NCBI RefSeq assembly: GCF_037042905.1
Contig: NC_087246.1
Span: 6,388,001 to 6,452,000, forward strand
DNA from: Lytechinus pictus
Taxonomy: Eukaryota
Direction: 5' to 3'
Length of the DNA stretch: 64,000 bases
The position numbers and the translations under genes were made by a program. The notes below the pieces were generated by a model. It had not been told where the DNA came from, ran no database searches, and saw nothing but the letters and a program-made list of their open reading frames with translations. Below, one piece after another: positions 1 to 15,552 of this stretch. Every line of letters starts with the position of its first letter. Position 1 is the stretch's first letter.

Positions 1-483
1 TATGTATATTTTGATGAAAAGGATCAATAAAACATGAATTACAAAAAAAAAATAGTGCACAGTAAGATAAAGTCGATATTCGTATTGGCTAGATAATAAC
101 AACTACAATGATGATAACAAATAAACCTATGATTTTCTAACATATCTCCAAATCTGAAATAACTAAAAGATAGACAAACATTGCTTTGGCAATTTGTATG
201 AATTCTACATCAATCCTTCAATCATGTCAATACTGTTGTTATGACTATATTGAGTACACCACTGGAGGGCGGTGGATATAGTTTCCCCAAAGAGATTGCT
301 TTAGCTTTTTTTACAATTAACAAAAGACATATTTGTTTATCCACATATCTTTCACGAAATTTGATGACTGTAATAATCACCTGAACATCCACTCTTTCAC
401 CAAGATTCTTGTACTATTTTTTTCTGGTTTGGTGTTTACGAATGCCAAATCCACGTCCTAATACTCTTTTGGTTTGTCTTCTG

Positions 484-541
484 TTACTACTACTACTATC
501 TTCTGTTTACTACTATTATTACTACTACTACTACTACTACT

Positions 542-580
<39 letters not shown>

Positions 581-694
581 TCTTCTACTACTACTACTAC
601 TACTACTTCTACTACTACTTCTACTACTACTACTACTACTACTACTACCACTACTACTACTACTACTACTTCTATATTACTACTACTACTTCTA
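484..694. repeat. (TAC)n trinucleotide microsatellite with TTC/CAC variants
   Basis: About 200 bp of tactactac; explains the spurious poly-Y and poly-L ORFs. Confidence 0.97.
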
Positions 695-3600
695 GTACAA
701 CGAGAACAGTTGTGTAAGAGAGTGGTATGTTATTGCAATGGTTTGTTGACATTTGGAATAAATCACTGTAGATGCTGATTTATTAGGAAACTGGTAAACA
801 TTGAAACTTTCTGAGATGGTAATAATTTTCTCACTCTTTGGTTAATGACGATTTTTGATATATCTTTATACAATGTATCTTCAACCCAAAATAGCAATAG
901 TTTTTGTTGTTGTTCTATTGAAATAAACATGATTCCCCTAGTAGTGTGACGTATTCCTTTAAGGACGATAAGACGTTTTTTTCATTAATTATATTACTAG
1001 TCACTATGTCGTCATGCCATCCCTACAAAGGCTGCCTTGGGGATCAAAATATATAAAGAAATGAAATTGCCCTTGGTCTTTAATGACGGGGTTTTAATTA
1101 ATCCAACCCCCTTATATCCAGGCTCCATTTCTCAATCTGAAATGCTAGCGGGGACGCGTATACTGGAGACAGTTCTGCTTCCTATGCCAAATGATACATA
1201 AATGGATCTATCCACTCTGTTATAAAGCTGTGTGAACCACGTCTCTTGCTGAATTCCTTTGTTCCCCCCCCCCTCCTCCTTTTCCAATTCCCCATCACAA
1301 AAGTTCACCTTCTCTCACCTTTTCCCTACCCAAATGCTGAGGGTTTTTTTCTTCTTCTGCTTCCTTCTCTCTGCGTCACCCACCTCCCCCCCCCCCTCCC
1401 TCCTTTCCTACCTGTCTCTCCCATCCGCCATGTCCACTATTTTTTATCCTTGAAATACAGGTGTTTCATGAACCGATGCTGCAGTCTCGCTTGCAGGAGA
1501 AAAACAATACGCCTTTTGATTTCATACAACCCCAAAGTAAAACGCCAATAGTAGCTTGCTATCTTCCGAACTTTATACCTGTATCTTGTAACACGGCTGG
1601 CTTATATCTCTCGCTTACACATGGCCATGAAAATAACAATTTACTTTTACACTGTCTTGATGGTAATGAATAGTTTCTATTGTTCCTATCACTTCTTCTG
1701 TTGTGTTATCATTTTTTTTTGTATTTCAACTTTATTATTATTAAGTAAAATTCATGAAGAGAAACATCTCATTACGTCATCACATTTAAGAACGTACCCT
1801 TCTCTCCTGAAAGTTTTGCAAGTCGATGTCCTTGTTACGTCATACGGATAATACTTGTACTTTCCATCTACACATTGCTACCATCTGTTAAGATTAAAGG
1901 TGGCGTATTATACAAAGACAGCTACAGATTTGTGTCTGTCGATTGACATTCAATCTGCTTTTATCATATCATAGCGCATGAAAAGATATTTCTGAACTTA
2001 TACAACAGTGAACTGCACTGCACTAGCAGACTGCTTCTCAAACAACCGGTCTATCGAATATATTGAGCTGTAACCTTTTTTTTCTTTCGCCCATTATCAA
2101 AGCGTCACAGATTAAACATCAAAATCGATGGTGAAACCTTATTTGACATGTAGAAGGAATAGGGAAAGAGATTATTCTTGTAATATCTCAAATCGTGTTT
2201 CACGCCTCACAATGACTAACGCTCATCACTAAGCCTCCCTGATGTGTTCAATCTTTTCAATGATATGAGTGAAATGTCACTTGCCATCATGCTTTATTTC
2301 CTTCTTTGCTTTCAATTGGAATGTCTTTTCGGATTCTAATCTTAACATCCATATTTTATATTATATCGTTGAAATTTAGAAAACTACCTCGTCAAAATAG
2401 CAATGATATAATCGAAATATTCAATTAAATTCACTTATAAACCATAATACAGGTGTATATAAGTATTCAAATACAAATGTAATATAACATATATAAATGC
2501 ATGCATGTAGCAACAAATAAAACAAATGAATAAAATTTATACATTCATATATTTAAAAAAATCTACATATGGTAAGAGGCAACCGAAATATAAAACCACA
2601 AAAAATTCAAAGACCCCATCGGCTTTATTGCTTATTGATGTCTTGCATGTCTGCAAATGCAAGTGATTTCTTATGATTCATAAAAATCCATGTTTATTTT
2701 AACATTGATATGAATTCATAGATGTTGGAATATTTTTTCATGTAACTATTTGTAATATACAAAAAGAAACCACTGCATATCTCGTATATGTGGATATAAT
2801 GTATCTATTAGACTGATATTTTCTACAGAGTTGATTTTAGAGCTTTTATAACCAACAATTTCTAACTCGTTTTCTAGTGAGTAAATCATAAACCCGACAA
2901 TCAAAGCAATACTTATAATGAAAAATGATATATTGTGACAGGTCAGGTGGTTTGATACAACGAAGCAACATAACGGTACATGTATATTTACATGTATCAT
3001 TATTAAATTGGTTATAAGTGACATCTTACGCATTCTCTACTCATTTGAGAAAGGTATTGAAGAAACATACAACAACTTCCTAGACGTAATTGGTAATAAG
3101 CTACTCCATCCATTTTCCAGTTGAGGAATATGCGTCAAAATGTCTACATATATAGATTCAGGGCTGTTTTGTTTTAGTTTGCACTATGGCAAACGAAACA
3201 AAACTACCAGAAGAACGTAGGTTAACTCGAAAGACGTTCAAATACACAATCTCGTGTTTGTAAACAGGACTGCCCGCACATCACTCGCACAATCACATTC
3301 ACCCACAACTTCAAGCGCACACACTCATCGCCATGTCGATTCGAAGGTGTATGCTAATATTTGCTTGATCTGCCTTGGTCTAAAGCTCCCTTCATACTTC
3401 AACGATTTAGACGGCTCGCCATCACGTCTATAGTGGCAGTACAAGACCTTCTTGACGCCATGTTCATGACTTCAATGTGGATTTAAGCCTACTTTAATGG
3501 AAAGCAATGGGTAATGTCAAAGGAATACTTGTACCCAAACTTACATCGAAACAGTTCCCTTAAAAAAAATCCTAAATACACGCGCAATATTACACCTATA

Positions 3601-6600
3601 ATGTCTGTTCTCAAATAACAAGATGTAGGGTAACAAAATGTGATCATAACAGTGCAACTAAAAAATACCAGTAACATAAATATAACCAAATAGATAAACA
3701 AGAATACGAAGAAAGTGCATATTTTTTTCAATCTTTCAATAAGAAAGTGCATAATTTTGGCAGAAAGCATAATGCTGATCATTAAATTCAGGGAATATTA
3801 AGATATTAACAAGTTTTTCAATATGTAAGTAGTCAATGAATAATTAATATAATGTAATTGAGTATGTTTCTATGAATGGTCATAATTTTTTATCTGCAAT
3901 AGTACCTCACTGATCGATGTTGGTGTACTACCTGTTATTTAGATTGTGAGCAAAGCAAGGCGAAATGCAGATACTTGAGTTGTAAATGAAATCATCAAGG
4001 AAAGATTAATAAATTGTGAAAACGGGTGCATTACACCCCAAAATATGAACGATGGCTATAGCACTATAACTAAAAACATAAAAAAATAAAAGAAATTAGA
4101 TTTTTGAATTGAAAAGGTCAAAATTTTTGTTCGCTCGCCTCGCTTGCAGCGTTTTAGAAATTCTGTCTAATATGTTTATACGTTAGCGTTAGTATGGCGT
4201 GAATGTTGAACATTATTGAAGCTCAGAGGAGAAATTTGACGTGAAGCTATTGCGGATTGAACAGGTGTGTAACTGAATGTAAAGATTACACCTAGGTAGT
4301 GTCGATCGTGAGAAGAATGTAGTATTTGATGGATCTTACAATCTGTCAAATAGGATAGTGGCAACTTGTCAACTCTCAAGATCCCTGCGAAACAAGTGAA
4401 GGTGAAGTGGATATTTTTCTTCAGTGACAAGTTTGAATGAGTAAGAAAAAAAAATGATGAATGAATGAGAGTGGTGGAACTACGTGGATGATAAAAAAAA
4501 GAATCTCATTGGAGAAATAAATTATGCAAAGGGTAGGATGAAGCATATAAAAAGTGAATAAGTTTAGATATCTAGGTGTTACATGTCATGGATGTATATC
4601 GATAATATACCACACCAGAAACGTGGAACAGTTGATAGAACATCATCATAAATACTTGGTGTATTCTATTGTATGAGCATCATCAAAAGTCCCAAATTTC
4701 TGAAAGAAAAGAAGGTGATATCAATATGCCTATTAAAAAAGAACAAATTATTTTTAGCCAAGTTAGTTTAGATAATCGATTGAAGAAGAACAGAAGAGAT
4801 ATGTCATTTATTTCGCTCCTCTTCAAAATTTTTTACCTATTCTATCTATATCCCATAGAGCCTTCCTCAATATATACAATATACTGTATGTATAGCTTTA
4901 TTTAACTTTCATATGAGTTTTATTCCCCAAATGCCCTTTTCGTTGGTGCTCCTATACGTTCAGTCCTATCTGAGTATGGATGTAAGGGTGATGCAGTGAT
5001 TAAACATCGATATGTGGTAGTTTGTATCCTCTGATGGGTGAATCTTCAAATAGCTGATGATCTTGTGATTGATGACATCATAAATCAAACTAAAATGGAT
5101 CAGCGATTTGTCCCAACTCTCTTTCTCCTCCTCTTCATCCATTTCGCTGTACCTACCAGCTCATCAGGGCATTTTGTCCGAGAGCCAAACTTGTGATAAA
5201 TGTCAGGAAATGGCCAGTGATGGGAAAACGATCACGACAAGATAAATGGATTTCTTAAGTTTCTTGAAGGTTGTGTTGACTCGAATAGAATTGACCAAGC
5301 ATTAAGGTTTAAAAAGGGCTTGCCTACGAGATGATCACAAATAACTCAAAAGTACAAACAGCACTGGGAAACTATTATTTTTGTTTGACTGGAAAACGTG
5401 ATACAATATTTGGCTCAGGGAGTGGGACAAGCATGACATTTTGCATTTCAGTCTCATTCTTACGTCCATTGTTTGTATTACAATAATTCTGGTACTGTTA
5501 TCAATGTATATTGTGATTTATGCTTACACTATGCAAACATTTTTAAAGTAAAATTGACACACATTTTCAATAAATCGTTATTTGCATTAAAATTCTACTA
5601 TTTTGAAGAAAATTAGTAATCAATAAATGGTCTCTTTCATGTTTTACAGCCTACATATTCAACTGAGTCATCGATAAAGTGATTCACAGCATTTCAATGA
5701 AAAGACCGGCGTACCTAATCCACATCTTCAAATTATATGATTTGTGTGATAACAGTAATGAGAACCATATCTTTACACAGATATAATATTGCGACATCAG
5801 AAAAAAAGGAAGATATATTCTGACATCAAGAAATGATTATATACACAACATGAAAAGTAATTCCCCCTTAAACAAACATCCATAATTTTTTAACAAGGAG
5901 GAATTTTGAAATTAAAATTACATTAGCGAGTAGGTAATTTTATATGCTACCCTCTGAGTGAATATTGTCGACATATTTTATGTCATGCTTCAGTGAGCAC
6001 CGCCAGCAGGCAAAATTGTTACTTTTTAAAAGTCACAAGCCTAATATCATGATCCCATGTTATCGGAAGGAACTCCACATTTTTATCATTAACATCGTTT
6101 AGAAGGTTAGAAAAGGGTACTTTATGAAAAACGATACAACTACAGCTCTTTTTACGATTTTCTGAAAATGCAATTGCTTCCTCTGAATATCTTTCACAAA
6201 CATTCTTCCACAGATCATTATTTTGATCTGATTTTTTTTTTAAATCCCGAAGTCTAATGCTTCAATGAGCACACAATATTTCTAAATTATGCAAATGAGA
6301 AGAAAGCTCAAGCCTTGGCACCACTCTGTGCCATATCGAATGATTTGGATAATGTCACTCTGAAGCCATGTCCGAAGTTTCATGAAAATACCCTCGGCAG
6401 AAGTAACAAAAATCGTATACGAAACAATCCTTCATTTCACTTTTGTTAACATTTTGTTGTCCTCTCTCATAGACATTGTGTCCAATATGGGTGCATATGT
6501 TTTAGAGTAAGTATATCCTCTTTCAATACAGTGGAACTTTTTTCGAAATTGTTTCTCGCAATATCATTTGGCCGTTGTGTTCATCAACCAAAAATTTATT

Positions 6601-8535
6601 GATTTATTCATGGATGAGTGAGCACGCATCGAAGTCAATAGACTCATTTTGAGGGGTTATGAAACGAAAATTGGGGGCAAATTCTGTTTCAACTGAAACT
6701 TAAATTGCTGTTGTTTTGATCATCCATGATTTTTATATCACTACACACACTACCTCCGAATTTATACACTTTCATGGTTGAGCGAGCAAACTCGAAAACT
6801 TGAGAATAATTACTGTTCATATTACACAAGTGCATTCTTTACTAACAATTTTTCAAGATCAGTTAAGTTTATGTACAAATCCGTGGTGGATCCAGAATTT
6901 GAAAAGGGGGAGCCAGAAATGGGGACGGGGCACCACTGACATTTCCCGATTTTAACATGCTTTTCAACATATAGAGGGCGCTACCATAAACCCCTCTGAG
7001 GATTTCTCACCAAAATATTGTGCTAACTTAACCATGCGCATACGTAGTCAATATTTTGTGTTGAGTGGTTAAATGATGGATAGTAAAAGAGCATAAGCAC
7101 AATAAAAATCACCAGAAAACAAATATCTGTACATACGCAATACGAAACTTGTAACTTTCAAAAATTGTATTTTTTTTTACTTTATTTTGATTACTCATGC
7201 ATGACTCAGACAATTAATCTCTTTTTTTCGCAGGAGTTGCCAAACGAGTGTAGAAAAACCACCTGTGAAATTATAAATCTCAAAATTATTTCTTTCGGGA
7301 GTTACAGCATTTTTATTAACGGGGGACTTATTTTTTGTATTGAGTATAGTTTATGGAATTACATTTATCAGTGATTTTTGTCGCGTGGAGCACAATGTTA
7401 ATGATTTGTTAGTTGAAAAATTAGATTATCAAGAGAAAACCCTGTATGCCATCAAATGTTAACATTCCTCTGTGTTTTCTTAGTTTTTGTACCAAAACAA
7501 TTCTCAAGACCGTGTTTTTTTTTCTTTTCAATTTGAACAATACAAGATAAACGGAAATAAGTTTTAATTGCTACTCAAAATTATTAGTTGATTTGTATTG
7601 TTTACATTTGTATAAATAAATGAATAAATGAATAATTAAAATGTAGGTTCACTAGTGCTGATTAAATAATCAGGATTAATTGTTACATATACATGTGTAT
7701 AATTATGAGTATATACATGTATATGAAATGCCATGGTGCGTCGGACACTGTTGGTGATGGAGAATGATGCACCAAACAAATCGAGTGGCAAAATTCGCGA
7801 GTACTCAAACTAATTCCATAACGCGTTATGACCATGTGGGCTGAAAAAGATCAGCGAAAATAAAAAGGTCCAGCACTGCGAGTGATGATTGATGGAAAAT
7901 CTACCCTTTATCACGTGACCGACTTCTGACGAATCCTATAGCAAGATTATTAGCATGTGGAATATAATGGGAGATATCTACTTGCACACACTATTATATG
8001 GATTAACTTGATAGGGGTTAACGCAATGTTAAATGTGTTCAATTTCGGTATGCTGTGTGTGTGTAGAAGTATGTACGTATTATGTCTAGATGTGTGGGCG
8101 CGTGTAAGTGCGTGCGGTTGAATGTGATTGAGAAGGGTGAAAGAGGGTGGCTGTGGGAGTGTGTTTGCGTGTGTGTGCGTATAATATGATTAGTTGAATA
8201 CAGATATGCAGAGAGAGAAAGACATCCTTTTTCTTCAAATGACAATAGAACAGGGGAAAGAAGAGAGGCCCTCGGAATCATCACATTGTAAATAAGAATG
8301 TGTTTGCGTGTGTATAAACGGGTGGCCTGTGTGTGACTATGCAGATGTATGACAAGTCATTTAATAGAGTGTGTACTTGTAATTGTATGTGAATATACGA
8401 AGAGACAAGATTAAATAAGTACTGGAAAAGCATGGATAAGCATGGTGGTATACTTCAGGTCTTCCCCGGTGTTACAAACCATTAACGTATCACGTGAAAT
8501 GTAATTGATTGATGACATGAGTATCAATAGTAATA

Positions 8536-8693
8536 CCTTGGTCTCATTTGCTCTACGGCGGCCGTACGGCGAGTCGAAAACAGCCGTTTTAACATTTTTT
8601 GTACCAACTACATATAAGTGGTTTGAAATAAAATTAATAAAACGGCTGTTTTCGACTCCCCGTACGGCCGCCGTAGAGCAAATGTGACCAAGG
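8536..8693. mobile_element. Palindromic MITE with TA flanks (Tc1/mariner-type target site)
   Basis: ~55-bp near-perfect inverted arms CCTTGGTCTCATTTGCTCTACGGCGGCCGTACGG.. / ..CCGTACGGCCGCCGTAGAGCAAATGTGACCAAGG, with TA on both sides. Confidence 0.8.
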
Positions 8694-10599
8694 TATAACT
8701 GACCTGTCTTTGGGGAGAGAAACGGAGGGAGAGGTATGTACAAAGAGACTGAGACAGTGGCAGGCAGATAGAGTAAGAGAGAGAGAGAGAGAGAGAGAGA
8801 AATATAGTAGACATTATTCAGATGAAGAGAGGAAGAGAGAATGGATCACGGAAAAGGTAAGTCACCTTCGAGAAACAAACAACACCTGGTGATCTCAGTA
8901 ACAACCGGCTGAAGGACAAAGGATAAATAAATCCCTTTTTGCATTCCCTATTTCATTCATGGATGATTCCGTCATTCTAAAGTAATATCTCTCTCACACA
9001 CAGGGGAAAGATAGATGACTATCGTCCCCGCTATCGTCCATTTCTTCAATCTAGTTTAGCAGTCATCTATCTGGTGTACGGTTGTGCTACGTTTGCATTG
9101 GAAATTTGTCTGCTACTTTATACATGAGGGTATACATTTTAACATTTAAGAAGTTGTAACAGAAAAAAGGTGCTCTTAAAAGTTAGTAGCACGCAGAATA
9201 ATTCAAAGGGAGTAGATTGTGGATAAAGTTCACAGGAGCTTGGTGACACGTTTTCTCAATTTCAATTTATTACCATGTCTACCTTGAACCGATCCATTCT
9301 ATATTGAACCAATAATATGCCCAAATACACTCAAGAAGTAGTCAAACAAGACGATAAATCTGTTCCCGTTTCGGGAGTATTTTCAAGGCTAAACGTGTCG
9401 TCACCTAACGACAAATTATTTCCTGTTAAAGGGTTTTTTGAAGAAAAAAAATGTTGCTCTTTCAGCAAACTCAGCCCAGAGTGTCTTTTTTGCAGCTAAA
9501 AATAATGCGAAGTGAAATATAACCATTAGAATGTTATTTAAAACTAACTTGATTTGGAGTAGGAGACCCATTTTCATGTTTTCCTGATTGGGATTCATTG
9601 GTGTGTTTAGTAAACAGATTCAAGTAAATCAATTTCATCATGATCAAGGGACTGAGCGAATATGTGGCAAGAGTTGTTCCATATCTACGCATGATTACAT
9701 ATACATAATGTAGTCAATATAAGATTTATTTATCAGCGCTATTCACATTACTATTTTGCGGTATTGATGATAATGCGGATGCTGATTACTACGACGATGA
9801 TAGACTATGATGATGGTAATGATGACGATGAGGAGCTCTGTAAATAAATCAGGATTTTACAGAAACGTGTTAAGAATTTTTATGATAAATTATTCGGACT
9901 TGCTTTTCTTTTTTTAAATGCTTTCTTAGGTATATTCATCAACATAACATATTCCTGGTAGGTATTTACTTTGTTAGAATTATAGTCAGCAGTTGTTGGA
10001 TTTGTTTTTAAACCATTAACTTTGGACTCTAAATGCTTCGTTGGCTGTCATAGTTAGCAGAATTTCATGACTCATCGGGAAATACAAAATCGTTTTGAAA
10101 TAAAGGATTATGATGAAAATGAAATATTTTATTCAATGTTAGATACGGGTGCAATTTGAAAGTGGTTTCAGTACAAACTCTGACACAAACACAATTTTTT
10201 GGATTTTTTTATTATGTCTAACTTTAAATTGGCTTATCATTATTCTTTTTGTCGTTAAAATCATGATATTATTGCTTCACATTTTTACTACTCCTGGAGA
10301 GGGTAACTAAGTACTTAAGCATCTGTCATCATCTTCCACAAACTCTGTGAATACACACGCACACAAATAGCAAACGAGAATCTTATCATTCTACAGCACG
10401 GATAAATTTTCACTTGTATTCAAAGCATGAATATTACAGATATTTTAAATGAAGATACAATGACTTCAAATAGAAACAGTGGTCTATTAATAGTCTAAAT
10501 GTTATCATTAGCATTATCAACATTAATTCTTTCATTTAGCATCACGAGGATTTTCTTTACCATTTTGGAGGAACATTACCTGATTTCGGCTTCCGCTAG

Positions 10600-10839
10600 C
10601 ACTGGCGTACAGATGGGAGGGCTTGGGGGGCTCTCCCCCCCCCCTCCCCCCCAAAAAAAAAGAGAAAAGGAAAGGAAAGGAAAGAAAAAGAAAGAGACAA
10701 GGGGCAAATAAGGTAGTATTTTTAAATATTATGTCAAAAGCTATATCACAAACTTTGATTTTTGTAATAAAAATGTCGAAATTTTTGCTCACTCGCTCCG
10801 TTTGCTCGCAATATTTTTTTTTTGCTCAATACGCCACTG
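10600..10839. mobile_element. hAT-type MITE
   Basis: Termini CACTGGCGTA..TACGCCACTG; 8-bp target duplication TCCGCTAG/TCCGCCAG with one mismatch. Confidence 0.75.
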
Positions 10840-13800
10840 TCCGCCAGACGTTTTCTCAGTCGCACTCTTCCTTTTTCATTTGCTTGTCAATGAATTGACA
10901 AAGTGGTGTTTGAAATTTTGTCAGCATTATGGAGAAAACTCAAAGGGAGGAGCGATGATTATTTTCCCAATTGTCTTTCGGGGTGGCGAAGGATGAAAGT
11001 GTGTTGTTTGTATGTAACCTTTTTTGCAATCTTCTTGTGAACGTTATGGGAAAAGGGAATATGATTAAGGCCAGAATGAAAACCAATGATATGACTAAAG
11101 GAGGTTTACTCTTCTCCTCAAAATATCACTCTCAGGTCAAGAGGGGTAAAAACAAAATGGATATTGAAAATTAAGCAGCATTTTGCTGCTGGTGGCAATT
11201 ACGAGAGTCTGAACTCATTGTTATGATAACATACACTTCAGATTGCATAGACATATTACATAGCCTCAAACCACGATTTTTGTATATCATGGGGTTTGTG
11301 ATCGGCGCTGTCCAAATTAAGAGTCATCATTTAGGCCACATAGCAAGGTTTCAAGCAGTTTGTTTTAACGCAAGTGGGAAGTCTATGATGATTTGGCGTG
11401 GGAGTAGAAGGTGAAATTGCGGAATGCAAAGGATATTGGTACTATAAAGACATGTGTATTTTAATTTCATTTCTATCCTCTCACACATTAAATTTCCTTG
11501 CAAAACTTTTTCTCAAACCAAGAAAACTGAAACCAAAATGCCAACTCGATCTTTCTTAATACGCGTATGATAAACATACGCTCCCCTATTAAACATTTCC
11601 GAAATGTCGAGAACCACGAACTGCATACTCTCTCAGTATTATAAATGAGTGACTTAATAAGCTATGATAACCGGTGTGTTTCACCATCGACTCTTAATTA
11701 ACTACCTCTCGGGATATGTAGTATACATGGTTGCTCAAAATGACAGTTTAAGGACAACAGGGTTTGAGGAGGCGTTATACAGGTACCTCGTAAAACGATT
11801 GGATTCATTTGCTGTTTTCTTCGTTCGATACCTATATCCTTTATACTTATATCCATTAATGAAAAAAATAGTAATCGACATTTGAATTTGATCTCTACTT
11901 TATCTAACTAATGATGTAAATTGAAATTACTCAATAATCAATCGCATGTGTTCTTAAGTATTGATAACTTTATAAATGCATTTCTTTAACATTGTAGATT
12001 GGTTCTTCATTCTACGTTAGCAAGCCTCTGCAAACTCTCGGGTTTTCAAAATCAACAGCTCGTAGTCCAAAAAAGTTCACAAATTTTTCACAGGAGTCAA
12101 ATCAATTATATAACTGGTGAATAGAGATCCATTTATGACTAAATAATTATATTTCCTGTACGAACTGCGAGAAATAATGGCTTTTCTTCTCATATATTTA
12201 AGGAGTGCAAATTTTGCTTACGACCTGAATAAAAGTATTAAAGATGATATGGACACATAATATGTCGCTCGGATGGTATATATTGTACCATCTATCACAA
12301 TCTCCTGGTGTATTTTACGTATTCATGAATTCAGTATCAGGGTTTACGATCTATATAGTTTAATACATGTGACCTGACCACGCGACCGATGACAAATTAC
12401 CATTTTCTGTAACACAAGATTTTCATTCAGGACACAAAGATGCCACTTCCTACCATTGAAGAATGATCATCATCAATGGATTTCATTGAAGCTCCAAAAA
12501 CAATCCTAACGAGATAATGCGCTCCGGGCGATAGGATATATTTGGAAGAAGAACGATGGATGGTAAAGGTAGTTGCGATTGGTCACCTATAGTTTCTTTC
12601 TACTATCCAAAAGAAACCGTGAAGAAGAAGGTACACATCGCCCTCAGTCAATTTGGTTAACTCCAAAATGAAACTGACTTGATTTGGGGGTGGGTATACG
12701 ATAGGTGTTATGACAGGTGTTCTGTGTGACGTGAGGAATGTTTCATCTCAATCATTCACCGGAGGCTTTCTACTCTTTGCAACAAATCTTTAAGGTCTTT
12801 GGCATTTTTGTTCCAAGCTGGAAACCCACAAATATTCGCCATTGTAGCTGTAGAGGGAGATATTTAGGCATAGGCAATACTGCGACTGATTACTAGAAAA
12901 CTAGCATGAACATCCTAAGTAGTTGTGGGAGTAGGCCTACTTCCGACCTGCAAGAGACGTCGCATGAGTATCAACACATCTTCAATCCCAACGGCAATAT
13001 TCCAATACTACCCTCATGCCATTAATCTCAATCAAACCTGACTTTGTCACACCTGAGTCGACTCCTGAATATTATTCAAGGGGATAATGTTGCTCTATGT
13101 AATAACCCACCGCTGGCGACATTTTACTCAAGGAACAGGTGAAAGTTAGTTTTCATTTCATCTTCAAAGTTGACCTTGTTCCACAATACTCTACAAAACT
13201 CTGTAAATCAATCTTTCCTTCGGGACATAATCATTTCCCAAACAAGCATGCTCGGATGCCTCTATAAGAATTATATTCAATATTTTCAAAGACTTCAGGC
13301 AAAACAATAGCTTTGAGATAAAGGAGACCTCTGCTCGTAGCTTTAAGAATCTGGATAAAGTGAACGTTGAAAATGGACATTTGTTATTTCGGCCTCATTG
13401 GATATACTGGTCTTTATTACATACGAATCTCGTTGGAAAATTGAGAAGTCCAGCATGATATAATTGCTTTTTATTCCACCCAATCACATTTGATTTGCCT
13501 AAGGTTTATAGCTCTTTCCTAAAACATTGAACTGAGATTCGAGTATCATGCTTGATTGTTTTATTGGGTCTTTGCCTTACTGTAGGTCAGCATTTTAAAA
13601 ATCTACCCTGAAGCTGGATTAGAGGCCGTTCAGGGTTTTACCCTTTGCGCATTTTCTAAAACACTTGAACCTTTAAATGTTTGAATTAAACAAAACGTAC
13701 AATGTACAAATACTTTTCAGAGAAAATTACACGTTGTTTGGGTGATCAGTAGTTTTCCAAGAATAACCGATTATTTATTCTTTTTTTTTTTTGGGGGGGG

Positions 13801-14946
13801 GGCTAATTTACATTCGTATCTAACTATTTCAAATTACATAGGCTTAAGGTGTTCGGCCATGGTGTAAAATAATGAACTTCATGATAAGATAAAAGAACAT
13901 CAATATTTAATTTCAAGTTGATAACAAACAATCTCATCTCAATTAGATAGCTTCATACGTTTGCCACAGTAATGACTTACATGCTAGGGTTTTCCTGTCA
14001 TTTCTATCACTTTTATGCAAGTGTACAATATTCGATGATTCTTTTTTCAATTATTTTCAATAATAAGATTATCTTTTCATTGAATTGAATCAAAAAATAT
14101 ATTTGAAATATTTATGAGACAACAGCCCTTCCAAAAAAGAGGAAAATTGCGAATTATTTTGTACAGTTTGGTAGCAGATAGAAAGAAAAAAAATGTCCTT
14201 TAGATTGAGAAAAAAAAATGATAAGATTTAATGTACGATATATAAAGGGACTTGTAGACAGTGGAGTTCATGTTCTTTTTTATCTGAGATAATGAGATAA
14301 CAATCGATCTATCTCCATTAATGGTAGCCAAGATGATGCTGACTGATATCTCGTGTTTATGAAAGCCGGCATGTAGAACTCAGTGATGAATGAAACCCCT
14401 GGGGATACCAAGAAAGGATAACAATCTATTAAAGGGCGATCCATAACCGCAAGAATATATCTGAATATAAATTTATCTTATTTAAATAGGTGGGGTAGAT
14501 GAACTACCTTAAAATATCAATCTTTGAATTCTGCAGATATCTACTAGCCAACTGCAGTATGTTTTAATCATCATTTCATTAAAAATTCAAATTAAACACA
14601 AAAAATTACGAACATAACGACAAAAATAGACAGGTCCATGTCATGGAGTAATAAATCACAAGGGCAACAAAGGGAAATCATATTAGAAATGTCCATATTG
14701 ACATGGCCAAAGGCTTAATGCAGGTTTCATCGCATTTTTAAGTACAATTTTTAGGACATCGTTGTATTTTGTTATATTTCTTCATAAACTGACGGAAGGC
14801 CCTTTCTTATGATATAAACACTATGCTTTTATCTATTTTCACTAAAATACTATGCGTTCAGTTCTCCCTATTTACAACAAGGGATCTGGAATGCATGGGC
14901 ACATGGTGGAAAGGGTGGGTAGGGAAAACGGAGAGAAAGAGATTAA

Positions 14947-15552
14947 AGGGATTGTCCGGGCTGAAAAGACTTATATCTTAATAAATAGAGTAAAATTCAC
15001 AAAGCAAAATGCTGAAAATTTGATCAAAATCGAATAACAAATAACGAAGTTATTGAATTTTAAAATTTATAAATATTTTGTAAAAACTGTAATATGCACA
15101 TCGTCTTGAATATTTCATTAGGTGGGCTGATGATGTAATATCCCCATTTTCCTTTTTCTTATGTTATTACATGAAATGATAGATGTTTCATTTTTTTCAT
15201 TCATGTGTAAATGATGTGTCTCCATTATGATGAAGTAAGTTGCGGAAATAAATAACTAATTCACTTAATCAGTTTTCAATCCAATTGTTTTAGTTCTCGG
15301 TAGAAAATTTTTGAATAAACCTAATTTCGTATAATAAAATACAAAAGAACACGTGGGGATATGACATCATCAGCCCACCTAATGAATATTCATAAAGACA
15401 TGCCTAGAACTGTTTCACCGGAATAATGATAATAATTAAAATTCAATAACTTTGTTATTTGTTATCCGATTTTGATCAAATTTTCACAATTTTGCTTTGT
15501 GGAGTTTATGCTTTTAACTGAGATATAAATATCTCCAGCCTGGACTGTCCCT
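14947..15552. mobile_element. TTAA-flanked non-autonomous DNA transposon (Kolobok-like MITE)
   Basis: TTAA|AGGGATTGTCCGGGCTG...CAGCCTGGACTGTCCCT|TTAA, long imperfect inverted arms; homologous copy at 32519-33116. Confidence 0.85.

Noticed and set aside
409..717. Poly-Tyr and poly-Leu ORFs
   Set aside because: Translations of the (TAC)n microsatellite.
1461..1673. 70-aa ORF after an acceptor-like tacag
   Set aside because: No recognisable homology, clear donor or partner exons; cannot be supported without transcript data.
5860..7470. Possible additional old transposon copies (repeated TGAGCAC motifs, GGTGGATCCAG fragment, weak inverted arms)
   Set aside because: Termini and target duplications could not be fixed reliably by eye.
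8411..8814. Mirror ORFs sharing FALRRPYGESKTAVL on both strands
   Set aside because: A consequence of the DNA palindrome at 8536-8693.
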